DNA of 64,000 nucleotides from the human T2T-CHM13v2.0 reference genome, Homo sapiens. The notes under the pieces are model-generated. The model did no database searches, was not told the DNA's origin, and worked only from the letters and a program-made list of their open reading frames with translations. The stretch lies in assembly GCF_009914755.1 (NCBI RefSeq), contig NC_060937.1; one strand, 5' to 3'. Shown here in pieces: positions 15,501-31,154 of the stretch. Position numbers and translations under genes: made by a program. Position 1 is the stretch's first letter, and each line of letters opens with the position of its first letter.

Positions 15501-15780
15501 GTACCCAAAATATATATTGTAAACTGTACATAAAATATCAAAGTAGCCAAAATATATATTGTATACTGTCCATAAAATATAAAAGTACCCCAAATATGTA
15601 TTATATACTGTACATAAAATATCAAAGTACCGATAATACATATTATATACTGTACATAAAATATCAAAGGACCCAAAATAAACATTATATACTGTACATA
15701 AAATATCCAAATACTCAAAATATATATTACATACTGTACATAAAATATCAAAGTACCCAAATTATGTATTATATACTGTA
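10455..15780 (+). repeat. Near-perfect local tandem duplication, period 2,764 bp
   Basis: ORFs recur at +2,764 (10579/13343, 11207/13971, 11871/14635, 12575/15339). One mismatch was noticed at 12364/15128. Confidence 0.85.
12575..15338 (+). repeat. HOR copy 5, L form with 13-monomer (543 bp) deletion (2,764 bp)
   Basis: 3307-543=2764. Junction near 12715. Confidence 0.85.
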
Positions 15781-17808
15781 CGTAAAATATCAGAGTACCC
15801 AAAATATGCATTATATACTGTACATAAAATATGAAAGTAACAAAACATTTATAATAAACTGTACATAAAATATCAAAGTACTCAAACTATATATCATATA
15901 CTGTACATAAAATATCAAAGTACCCAAACTGTGTATTATTATATACTGTATATAAAATATCAAAGTACCTGAAATATATATTGTATACTGTACATAAAAT
16001 ATCAAAGTACCCAAAATATATACTATATACTGTACAAAAAATATGAAGGTACATCAAATATATATTATATCCTGTACATAAAATATCAAAGTACACCTAT
16101 TATATATTGTGTACTGTACATAATATATTAAATCGCCCAAATATATATTGTATACTGTATATAAAATATGAAGGTACTTCAAATATATATTATATGCTGC
16201 ACATAAAATATCAAAGTACCCAAGGTATGCATTACATACTGTACATAAAATATCAAAGTACACATATTATATATTATATAATATACATAAAATATGAAGG
16301 TTCATCAAATATATATTATATTCTGTACATAATATATCAAAGTACATCAAATATATATTATTTACTGTACATAAAATATCAAAGTACCAAAAATATGTAT
16401 TATATACTGTACATAAAATATGAAAGTAACCAAACATTTATAATAAACTGTACATAAAATATCAAAGTACTCAGTCTACATATTATATACAGTATATAAA
16501 ATATCAAAGTACACACACTGTATATTATATACTGTACATAATATATCAAAATACCCAGAATATATAGCATACTGTACATAAAATATCAAAGTACCCAAAA
16601 TATATATTCTATACTGTACATAAAATATGAAGGTACATCAAAGATATATTATATTCTGTACATAAAATATCAAACTACACCAAATATATATTATATGCTG
16701 TACATAATATATTAAAGTTGCCCAAATATACATTCTATACTGTACATAAAATATGAACGTATATCAAATATATAGTATATGCTGCACATAAAATATCAAA
16801 GTACCCAAAGTATGTATTATACACTGTACATAAAATATCAAAGTACCAAAAGTATATATTACATACTGTAAATAAAATATGAAGGTACCTCAAATATATA
16901 TTATATTCTGTACATAAAATATCAAAGTACACCAAGTATATACTATATACTCTGCATAAAATATTAAATTACCCAAAATATGTATTGTATTGTGTACATA
17001 AAATATGAAAGTAACCAAACATTTATAATAAACTGTACATAAAATTTCAAAGTACTCAAACTGTATATTATATACTGTACATAAAGTATCAAAGTACCCA
17101 AACTGTGTAGTATATACTGTACATAAAATATCAAGGTACCCAAAATATATATTGTAAACTGTAGATAAAATATCAAAATACCCAAAATATATATTATATA
17201 CTGTACATAAAATATGAAGTCACATCCAATATATATTATATTCTGTACATAAAATATCAAAGTACACCAAATGTATATTATATACTGTACATAAAATATC
17301 AAAGTACCCAAAGTGTATATTATATACTGTACATAAAATATGAAGGTTCATCAAATATATTTTATATTCTGCACATAATATATAAAAGTACAGCAAATAT
17401 ATATTATATACTGTACATAAAATATCAAAGTACCCAAAATATGTATTATATACTGTACATAAAATATGAAAGTAACCAAACATTTATAATAAACTGTACA
17501 TAAATTATCAAAGTACTCAAACTACATATTATATACAGTATATAAAATATCAAAGTACCCAAACTGTATATTATATACTGTACATAATATATCAAAGTAC
17601 CCGAATATATAGCATACTGTACATAAAATATCAAATTACCCAAAATATATATTGTATACTGTACATAAAATATGAAGGTACATCAAAGATATATTATATT
17701 CTGTACATAAAATATCCAAGTACACCAAATATATATTGTATGCTGTACATAATATATTAAAGTCGACCAAATATATATTATATACTGTACATAAAATATG
17801 AAGGTACA
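15339..17808 (+). repeat. HOR copy 6, S form with 13-monomer deletion (2,470 bp)
   Basis: 3013-543=2470. Same junction sequence near 15479. Confidence 0.85.
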
Positions 17809-20800
17809 TCAAATATATTTTATATGCTGCACATAAAATATCAAAGTACCCAAAGTATGTATTATATACTGTACATAAAATATCAAAGTACCCAAAGTAT
17901 ATATTATATACTGTACATAAAATATAAAATACCCCAAATATATATTATATGCTGTACATAAAATATCAAAGTACACAAAATATGTATTATGTACTGTACA
18001 TAAAATACCAAAGGACCCAAAATATATATTATATACTGTACATAAAATATCAAAATACCCAAAATATATATTATATACTGTACATAAAATACCAAAGTAC
18101 CCAAAGTATATATTATATACCGTACAAAAAATATCAAAGTAGCCAAAATATGTATTATACACTGTACATAATATATGAAAGTACCCAAACATTTATAATA
18201 AACTGTACATAAAATATCAATGTACTCAAACTATATATTATGTGCGGTACATAAGATATCAAAGTACCCATACTATATAGTATATACTGTACTTAAAATA
18301 TCTAAATACCCAAAATATATATTATATACGTTACATAAACTATCAAATACACAAAGTATGTATTATATACTGTACATAAAATAGCAAAGTTCCCAAAATA
18401 TGTATTATATACTGTACATAAAATATGAAACTACCCAACCATTTATAATAAAGTCTACATAAAATACCAAAGTACCCAAACTGTGTATTATATACTGTCC
18501 ATAAAATATCAAAGTACCCAAAATATATATTGCAAACTCTACAAAAAATATCAAAGTAGCCAAAATACATATTGTATACTGTACATAAAATATAAAAGTA
18601 CCCCAAATATATATTATATACTGTACATAAAATATCAAAGTACCAATAATACATATTATATACTGTACATAAAATATCAAAGGACCCAAAATAAACATTA
18701 TATACTGTACATAAAATATCCAAATACTCAAAATATATATTACATACTGTACATAAAATATCAAAGTACCCAAATTATGTATTATATACTGTACGTAAAA
18801 TATCAGAGTACCCAAAATATGCATTATATACTGTACATAAAATATGAAAGTAACAAAACATTTATAATAAACTGTACATAAAATATCAAAGTACTCAAAC
18901 TATATATCATATACTGTACATAAAATATCAAAGTACCCAAACTGTGTATTATTATATACTGTATATAAAATATCAAAGTACCTGAAATATATATTGTATA
19001 CTGTACATAAAATATCAAAGTACCCAAAATATATACTATATACTGAACATAAAATATGAAGGTACATCAAATATATATTATATCCTGTACATAAAATATC
19101 AAAGTACACCTATTATATATTGTGTACTGTACATAATATATTAAATCGCCCAAATATATATTGTATACTGTATATAAAATATGAAGGTACTTCAAATATA
19201 TATTATATGCTGCACATAAAATATCAAAGTACCCAAAGTATGCATTACATACTGTACATAAAATATCAAAGTACACAAATTATATATTATATACTGTACA
19301 TAAAATATGTAGGTTCATCAAATATATTTTATATTCTGTACATAATATATCAAAGTACATCAAATATATATTATATACGGTACATAAAATATCAAAGTAC
19401 CCAAAATATGTATTATTTAATGTACATAACATATGAAAGTAACCAAACATTTATAATAAACTGTACATAAAATATCAAAGTACTCAATCTACATATTATA
19501 TACAGTATATAAAATATCAAAGTACACAAACTGTATATTATATACTGTACATAATATATCAAAGTACCCAGAATATATAGCATACTGTACATACAATATC
19601 AAAGTACCCAGAATGTATATTGTATACTGTACATAAAATATGAAGGTACATCAAAGATATATTATATTCTGTACATAAAATATCAAAGTACACCAAATAT
19701 ATATTATATGCTGTACATAATATATTAAATTTGCCCATGCATACATTTTATACTGTACATAAAATATGAAGGTACATCAAATATATAGTATATGCTGCAC
19801 ATAAAATATCAAAGTACCCAAAGTATGTATTATATACTGTACATAAAATATCAAAGTACCAAAAGTATATATTACCTACTGTAAATAAAATATGAAGATA
19901 CCTCAAATATATATTATATTCTGTACATAAAATATCAAAGTACACCAAGTATATACTATATACTCTACATAAAATATTAAATTACCCAAAATATGTATTG
20001 TATTGTGTACATAAAATATGAAAGTAACCAAACATTTATAATAAACTGTACATAAAATATCAAAGTACTCAAACTTTATATTATATACTGTACATAAAGT
20101 ATCAAAGTACCCAAACTGTGTAGTATATACTGTACATAAAATATCAAGATACCCAAAATGTATATTGTAAACTGTAGATAAAATATCAAAGTACCCAAAA
20201 TATATATTATATACTGTACATAAAATATGAAGGCACATCCAATATATATTATATTCTGTACATAAAATATCAAAGTACACCAAATGTATATTATATACTG
20301 TACATAAAATATAAAACTACCCCAAATATATCTTATATACTCTACATAAAATATCAAAGTACCCAAAATATATATTATATACTGTACATAAAATATCAAA
20401 GTACCCATAGTATGTATTATATCCTGTACATAAAATATGAAGGTACAGCAAATATATATTCTATTCTGCACATAAAATAACATATTGCACCAAATATATA
20501 TTGTATACTGTATATAAAATATGAAGGTACTTCAAATATATATTATATGCTTCACATAAAATATCAAAGTACCCAAAGTATGCATTATATACTGTACATA
20601 AAATATCAAAGTACCCAAAGTGTATATTATATACTGTACATAAAATATGAAGGTTCATCAAATATATTTTATATTCTGCACATAATATATCAAAGTACAG
20701 CAAATATATATTATATACTGTACATAAAATAACAAAGTACCAAAAATATGTATTATATACTGTACATAAAATATGAAAGTAACCAAATATTTATAATAAA

Positions 20801-21115
20801 CTGTATATAAAATATCAAAGTACTCAAACTACATATTATATACAGTATATAAAATATCAAAGTACCCAAACTATATATTATATACTGTACATACTATATC
20901 AAAGTACCCAAATATATAGCATACTGTCCATAAAATATCAAAGTACCCAAAATATATATTGTATACTGTACATAAAATATGAAGGTACATCAAAGATATA
21001 TTATATCCTGTACATAAAATATCAAAGTACACCAAATATATATTATATGCTGTACATAATATATTAAAGTCGACCAAATATATATTATATACTGTACATA
21101 AAATATGAAGGTACC
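17809..21115 (+). repeat. HOR copy 7, L form (3,307 bp)
   Basis: Landmarks 17809 to 21116. L-specific block present at about 20310-20600. Confidence 0.85.
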
Positions 21116-24100
21116 TCAACTATATATTATATGCTGCACATAAAATATCAAAGTACCCAAAGTATGTATTATATACTGTACATAAACTATCAAAGTACCC
21201 AAAGTATATATTTTATACTGTACATAAAATATAAAATGCCCCAAATATATATTATATGCTGTACATAAAATATCAAAGTACACAAAATATGTATTATGTA
21301 CTGTACATACAATATAAAGGACCCAAAATATATACTATATACTGTACATAAAATATCAAAATACCCAAAATATATATTATATACTGTACATAAAATACCA
21401 AAGTACCCAAAGTATATATTATATACCGTACAAAAAATATCAAAGTAGCCAAAATATGTATTATACACTGTACGTAATATATGAAAGTACCCAAACATTT
21501 ATAATAAACTGTACATAAAATATCAATGTACTCAAACTATGTATTATGTGCGGTACATAACATATCAAAGTACCCATACTATATAGTATGTACTGCACTT
21601 AAAATATCAAAATACCCAAAATATATATTATATACGTTACATAAACTATCAAATACACAAAGTATGTATTATATACTGTACATAAAATAGCAAAGTTCCC
21701 AAAATATGTATTATATACTGTACATAAAATATGAAAGTACCCAACCATTTATAATAAACTCTACATAAAATACCAAAGTACCCAAACTGTGTATTATATA
21801 CTGTCCATAAAATATCAAAGTACCCAAAATATATATTGTAAACTGTACATAAAATATCAAAGTAGCCAAAATACATATTGTATACTGTACATAAAATATG
21901 AAAGTACCCCAAATATGTATTATATACTGTACATAAAATATCAAAGTACCCATAATACATATTATATACTGTACATAAAATATCAAAGGACCCAAAATAA
22001 ACATTATATACTATACATAAAATATCCAAATACTCAAAATATATATTACGTACTGTACATAAAATATCAAAGTACCCAAATTATGTATTATATACTGTAC
22101 GTAAAATATCAGAGTACCCAAAATATGCATTATATACTGTACATAAAATATGAAAGTAACAATACATTTATAATAAACTGTACATAAAATATCAAAGTAC
22201 TCAAACTATATATCATATACTGTACATAAAATATCAAAGTACCCAAACTGTGTATTATTATATACTGTATATAAAATATCAAAGTACCTGAAATATATAC
22301 TGTATACTGTACATAAAATATCAAAGTACCCAAAATATATACTATATACTGTACATAAAATATGAAGGTACATCAAATATATATTATATCCTGTACATAA
22401 AATATCAAAGTACACCTATTATATATTGTGTACTGTACATAATATATTAAATCGCCCAAATATATATTGTATACTGTATATAAAATATGAAGGTACTTCA
22501 AATATATATTATATGCTGCACATAAAATATCAAAGTACCCAAAGTATGCATTAAACACTGTACATAAAATATCAAAGTACACATATTATCTATTATATAA
22601 TGTACATAAAATATGAAGGTTCATCAAATATATATTATATTCTGTACATAATATATCAAAGTACATCAAATATATATTATATACTGTACATAAAATATCA
22701 AAGTACCAAAAATATGTATTATATACTGTACATAAAACATGAAAGTAACCAAACATTTATAATAAACTGTACATAAAATATCAAAGTACTCAATCTACAT
22801 ATTATATACAGTATATAAAATATCAAAGTACACAAACTGTATATTATATACGGTACATAATATATCAAAGTACCCAGAATATATAGCATACTGTACATAA
22901 AATATCAAAGTACCCAAAATGTATATTGTATACTGTACATAAAATATGAAGGTACATCAAAGATATATTATATTCTGTACATAAAATATCAAAGTACACC
23001 AAATATATATTATATGCTGTACATAATATATTAAAGTTGCCCATATATACATTATATACTGTACATAAAATATGAACGTACATCAAATATATAGTATATG
23101 CTGCACATAAAATATCAAAGTACCCAAAGTATGTATTATACACTGTACATAAAATATCAAAGTACCAAAAGTATATATTACATACTGTAAATAAAATATG
23201 AAGGTACCTCAAATATATATTATATTCTGTACATAAAATATCAAAGTACACCAAGTATATACTATATACTCTGCATAAAATATTAAATTACCCAAAATAT
23301 GTATTGCATTGTGTACATAAAATATGAAAGTAACCAAACATTTATAATAAACTGTACATAAAATATCAAAGTACTCAAACTGTATATTATATACTGTACA
23401 TAAAGTATCAAAGTACCCAAACTGTGTAGTATATACTGTACATAAAATATCAAGGTACCCAAAATATATATTGTAAACTGTAGATAAAATATCAAAGTAC
23501 CCAAAATATATATTATATACTGTACATAAAATATGAAGGCACATCCAATATATATTATATTCTGTACATAATATATCAAAGTACACCAAATGTATATTAT
23601 ATACTGTACATAAAATATCAAAGTACCCAAAGTGTATATTATATACTGTACATAAACTATGAAAGTTCATCAAATATATTTTATATTCTGCACATAATAT
23701 ATCAAAGTACAGCAAATATATATTATATACTGTACATAAAATATCAAAGTACCCAAAATATGTATTATATACTGTACATAAAATATGAAAGTAACCAAAC
23801 ATTTATAATAAACTGTACATAAAATATCAAAGTACTCAAACTGTATATTATATACTCTACATAAAGTATCAAAGTACCCAAACTGTGTAGTATATACTGT
23901 ACATAAAATATCAAGGTACACAAAATATATATTGTAAACTGTAGATAAAATATCAAAGTACCCAAAATATATATTATATACTGTACATGAAATATGAAGG
24001 CCCCTCCAATATATATTATACTCTGTACATAAAATATCAAAGTACACCAAATGTATATTATATACTGTACATAAAATATCAAAGTACCCAAAGTGTATAT

Positions 24101-24588
24101 TATATACTGTACATAAACTATGAAGGTTCATCAAATATATTTTATATTCTGCACATAATATATCAAAGTACAGCAAATATATGTTATATACTGTACATAA
24201 AATATCAAAGTACCCAAATTATGTATTATATACTGTACATAAAATATGAAAGTAAGCAAACATTTATAATAAACTGTACATAAAGTATCAAAGTACTCAA
24301 ACTACATATTATATACAGTATATAAAATATCAAAGTACCCAAACTGTATATTATATAATGTACATAATATATCAAAGTACCCGAATATATAGCATACTCT
24401 ACATAAAATATCAAAGTACCCAAAGTTTGTATTATACACTGCACATAAAATATGGAGGTACATCAAAGATATATTATATTCTGTACATAAAATATCAAAG
24501 TACACCAAATATATGTTATATGCTGTACATAATATATTAAAGTCGACCAAATATATATTATATACTGTACATAAAATATGAAGGTACA
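21116..24588 (+). repeat. HOR copy 8, S form with internal 461-bp (11-monomer) duplication (3,473 bp)
   Basis: Sub-block 23313-23773 is repeated at 23774-24234. 1-bp deletion near 21316. Confidence 0.85.
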
Positions 24589-27500
24589 TCAAATATATAT
24601 TATATGCTGCACATAAAATATCAAAGTACCCAAAGTATGTGTTATATACTGTACATAAAATATCAAAGTACCCAAAGTATATATTATATACTGTACATAA
24701 AATATAAAATACCCCAAATATATATTATATGCTCTACATAAAATATCAAAGTACACAAAATATGTATTATATACTGTACATAAAATACCAAAGGACCCAA
24801 AATATATATTATATACTGTACATAAAATATCAAAATACCCAAAATATATATTATATACTGTACATAAAATACCAAAGTACCCAAAGTATATATTATATAC
24901 CGTACAAAAAATATCAAAGTAGCCAAAATATGTATTATACACTGTACATAATATATGAAAGTACCCAAACATTTATAATAAACTGTACATAAAATATCAA
25001 TGTACTCAAACTATATATTATGTGCGCTACATAAGATATCAAAGTACCCATACTATATAGTATATACTGTACTTAAAATATCAAAATACCCAAAATATAT
25101 ATTATATACGTTACATAAACTATCAAATACACAAAGTATGTATTATATACTGTACATAAAATAGCAAAGTTCCCAAAATATGTATTATATACTGTACATA
25201 AAATATGAAAGTACCCAACCATTTATAATAAAGTCTACATAAAATACCAAAGTACCCAAACTGTGTATTATATACTGTCCATAAAATATCAAAGGACCCA
25301 AAATATATATTGTAAACTCTACATAAAATATCAAAGTAGCCAAAATACATATTGTATACTGTACATAAAATATAAAAGTACCCCAAATATATATTATATA
25401 CTGTACATAAAATATCAAAGTACCCATAATACATATTATACACTGTACATAAAATATCAAAGGACCCAAAATAAACATTATATACTGTACATAAAATATC
25501 CAAATACTCAAAATATATATTACATACTGTACATAAAATATCAAAGTACCCAAATTATGTATTATACACTGTACGTAAAATATCAGAGTACCCAAAATAT
25601 GCATTATATACTGTACATAAAATATGAAAGTAACAAAACATTTATAATAAACTGTACATAAAATATCAAAGTACTCAAACTATATATCATATACTCTACA
25701 TAAAATATCAAAGTACCCAAACTGTGTATTATTATATACTGTATATAAAATATCAAAGTACCTGAAATATATACTGTATACTGTACATAAAATATCAAAG
25801 TACCCAAAATATATACTATATACTGTACATAAAATATGAAGGTACATCAAATATATATTATATCCTGTACATAAAATATCAAAGTACACCTATTATATAT
25901 TGTGTACTGTACATAATATATTAAATCGCCCAAATATATATTGTATACTGTATATAAAATATGAAGGTACTTCAAATATATATTATATGCTGCACATAAA
26001 ATATCAAAGTACCCAAAGTATGCATTACATACTGTACATAAAATATCAAAGTACACATATTATCTATTATATAATGTACATAAAATATGAAGGTTCATCA
26101 AATATATATTATATTCTGTACATAATATATCAAAGTACATCAAATATATATTATATACTGTACATAAAATATCAAAGTACCAAAAATATGTATTATATAC
26201 TGTACATAAAACATGAAAGTAACCAAACATTTATAATAAACTGTACATAAAATATCAAAGTACTCAATCTACATATTATATACAGTATATAAAATATCAA
26301 AGTACACAAACTGTATATTATATACGGTACATAATATATCAAAGTACCCAGAATATATAGCATACTGTAAATAAAATATCAAAGTACCCAAAATATATAT
26401 TGTATACTGTACATAAAATATGAAGGTACATCAAAGATATATTCTGTACATAAAATATCAAACTACACCAAATATATATTATATGCTGTACATAATATAT
26501 TAAAGTTGCCCATATATACATTATATACTGTACATAAAATATGAACGTACATCAAATATATAGTATATGCTGCACATAAAATATCAAAGTACCCAAAATA
26601 TATACTATATACTGTACATAAAATATGAAGGTACATCAAATATATATTATATCCTGTACAGAAAATATCAAAGTACACCTATTATATATTGTGTACTGCA
26701 CATAATATATTAAATCGCCCAAATATATATTGTATACTGTATATAAAATATGAAGGTACTTCAAATATATATTATATGCTGCACATAAAATATCAAAGTA
26801 CCCAAAGTATGCATTACATACTGTACATAAAATATCAAATTACAAAAATTATATATTATATTCTGTACATAAAATATGTAGGTTCTTCAAATATATTTTA
26901 TATTCTGTACATAATATATCAAAGTACATCAAATATATATTATATACGGTACATAAAATATCAAAGTACCCAAAATATGTATTAATTACTGTGCATAAAA
27001 TATGAAAGTAACCAAACATTTATAATAAACTGTACATAAAATATCAAACTACTCAATCTACATATTATATACAGTATATAAAATATCAAAGTACACAAAC
27101 TGTATATTATATACTGTACATAATATATCAAAGTACCCAGAATATATAGCATACTGTACATACAATATCAAAGTACCCAGAATGTATATTGTATTCTGTA
27201 CATAAAATATGAATGTACATCAAAGATATATTATATTCTGTACATAAAATATCAAAGTACACCAAATATATATTATATGCTGTACATAATATATTAAAGT
27301 TGCCCATGCATACATTTTATACTGTACATAAAATATGAAGGTACATCAAATATATAGTATATGCTGCACATAAAATATCAAAGTACCCAAAGTATGTATT
27401 ATATACTGTACATAAAATATCAAAGTACCAAAAGTATATATTACCTACTGTAAATAAAATATGAAGATACCTCAAATATATATTATATTCTGTACATGAA

Positions 27501-28684
27501 ATATCAAAGTACACCAAGTATATACTATATACTCTACATAAAATATTAAATTACCCAAAATATGTATTGTATTGTGTACATAAAATATGAAAGTAACCAA
27601 ACATTTATAATAAACTGTACATAAAATATCAAAGTACTCAAACTTTATATTATATACTGTACATAAAGTATCAAAGTACCCAAACTGTGTAGTATATACT
27701 GTACATAAAATATCAAGGTACCCAAAATGTATATTGTAAACTGTAGATAAAATATCAAAGTACCCAAAATATATATTATATACTGTACATAAAATATGAA
27801 GGCTCATCCAATATATATTATATTCTGTACATAAAATATCAAAGTACACCAAATGTATATTATATACTGTACATAAAATATAAAACTACGCCAAATATAT
27901 CTTATATACTCTACATAAAATATCAAAGTACCCAAAATATATATTATATACTGTACATAAAATATCAAAGTACCCATAGTATGTATTATATCCTGTACGT
28001 AAAATATGAAGGTACATCAAATATATATTCTATTCTGCACATAAAATATCATATTGCACCAAATATATATTGTATACTGTATATAAAATATGAAGGTACT
28101 TCAAATATATATTATATGCTGCACATAAAATATCAAAGTACCCAAAGTATGCATTATATACTGTACATAAAATATCAAAGTACCCAAAGTGTATATTATA
28201 TACTGTACATAAAATATGAAGGTTCATCAAATATATTTTATATTCTGCACATAATATATCAAAGTACAGCAAATATATATTATATACTGTACATAAAATA
28301 TCAAAGTACCCAAAATATGTATTATATACTGTACATAAAATATGAAAGTAACCAAACATTTATAATAAACTGTACATAAAATATCAAAGTACTCAAACTA
28401 CATATTATATACAGTATATAAAATGTCAAAGTACCCAAACTGTATATTATATACTGTACATAATATATCAAAGTACCCAAATATATAGCATACTGTACAT
28501 AAAATATCAAAGTACCCAAAGTGTGTATTATACACTGCACATAAAATATGAAGGTACATCAAAGATATATTATATTCTGTACATAAAATATCAAAGTACA
28601 CCAAATATATATTATATGCTGTACAGAATATATTAAAGTCGACCAAATATATATTATATACTGTACATAAAATATGAAGGTACA
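24589..28684 (+). repeat. HOR copy 9, S/L hybrid with 19-monomer duplication (4,096 bp)
   Basis: Sequence from 25801 restarts at 26590. A 5-bp deletion near 26441 accounts for 4,096 versus 4,101. Confidence 0.85.
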
Positions 28685-31154
28685 TCAAATATATATTATA
28701 TGCTGCACATAAAATATCAAAGTACCCAAAGTATGTATTATATACTGTACATAAAATATCAAAGTACCCAAAGTATATATTATATACTGTACATAAAATA
28801 TAAAATACCCCAAATATATATTATATCCTGTACATAAAATATCAAAGTACCCAAAATATATATTGTAAACTGTACATAAAATATCAAAGTAGCCAAAATA
28901 TATATTGTATACTGTCCATAAAATATAAAAGTACCCCAAATATGTATTATATACTGTACATAAAATATCAAAGTACCGATAATACATATTATATACTGTA
29001 CATAAAATATCAAAGGACCCAAAATAAACATTATATACTGTACATAAAATATCCAAATACTCAAAATATATATTACATACTGTACATAAAATATCAAAGT
29101 ACCCAAATTATGTATTATATACTGTACGTAAAATATCAGAGTACCCAAAATATGCATTATATACTGTACATAAAATATGAAAGTAACAAAACATTTATAA
29201 TAAACTGTACATAAAATATCAAAGTACTCAAACTATATATCATATACTGTACATAAAATATCAAAGTACCCAAACTGTGTATTATTATATACTGTATATA
29301 AAATATCAAAGTACCTGAAATATATATTGTATACTGTACATAAAATATCAAAGTACCCAAAATATATACTATATACTGTACATAAAATATGAAGGTACAT
29401 CAAATATATATTATATCCTGTACATAAAATATCAAAGTACACCTATTATATATTGTGTACTGTACATAATATATTAAATCGCCCAAATATATATTGTATA
29501 CTGTATATAAAATATGAAGGTACTTCCAATATATATTATATGCTGCACATAAAATATCAAAGTACCCAAGGTATGCATTACATACTGTACATAAAATATC
29601 AAAGTACACATATTATATATTATATAATATACATAAAATATGAAGGTTCATCAAATATATATTATATTCTGTACATAATATATCAAAGTACATCAAATAT
29701 ATATTATATACTGTACATAAAATATCAAAGTACCAAAAATATGTATTATATACTGTACATAAAATATGAAAGTAACCAAACATTTATAATAAACTGTACA
29801 TAAAATATCAAAGTACTCAGTCTACATATTATATACAGTATATAAAATATCAAAGTACACACACTGTATATTATATACTGTACATAATATATCAAAATAC
29901 CCAGAATATATAGCATACTGTACATAAAATATCAAAGTACCCAAAATATATATTGTATACTGTACATAAAATATGAAGGTACATCAAAGATATATTATAT
30001 TCTGTACATAAAATATCAAACTACACCAAATATATATTATATGCTGTACATAATATATTAAAGTTGCCCATATATACATTATATACTGTACATAAAATAT
30101 GAACGTACATCAAATATATAGTATATGCTGCACATAAAATATCAAAGTACCCAAAGTATGTATTATACACTGTACATAAAATATCAAAGTACCAAAAGTA
30201 TATATTACATACTGTAAATAAAATATGAAGGTACCTCAAATATATATTATATTCTGTACATAAAACATCAAAGTACACCAAGTATATACTATATACTCTG
30301 CATAAAATATTAAATTACCCAAAATATGTATTGCATTGTGTACATAAAATATGAAAGTAACCAAACATTTATAATAAACTGTACATAAAATTTCAAAGTA
30401 CTCAAACTGTATATTATATACTGTACATAAAGTATCAAAGTACCCAAACTGTGTAGTATATACTGTACATAAAATATCAAGGTACCCAAAATATATATTG
30501 TAAACTGTAGATAAAATATCAAAGTACCCAAAATATATATTATATACTGTACATAAAATATGAAGGCACATCCAATATATACTATATTCTGTACATAAAA
30601 TATCAAAGTACACCAAATGTATATTATATACTGTACAAAAAATATCAAAGTACCCAAAGTGTATATTATATACTGTACATAAAATATGAAGGTTCATCAA
30701 ATATATTTTATATTCTGCACATAATATATCAAAGTACAGCAAATATATATTATATACTGTACATAAAATATCAAAGTACCCAAAATATGTATTATATACT
30801 GTACATAAAATATGAAAGTAACCAAACATTTATAATAAACTGTACATAAAGTATCAAAGTACTCAAACTACATATTATATACAGTATATAAAATGTCAAA
30901 GTACCCAAACTGTATATTATATACTGTACATAATATATCAAAGTACCCGAATATATAGCATACTGTACATAAAATATCAAGGTACCCAAAGTGTGTATTA
31001 TACACTGCACATAAAATATGAAGGTACATAAAATATATATTGTATTCTGTACATAAAATATCAAAGTACTCCAAATATATATTATATGCTGTACATAATA
31101 TATTATAGTCGCCCAAATATATATTATATACTGTACATAAAATATGAAGGTACA
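28685..31154 (+). repeat. HOR copy 10, S form with 13-monomer deletion (2,470 bp)
   Basis: Landmarks 28685 to 31155. Junction near 28825. Confidence 0.85.
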
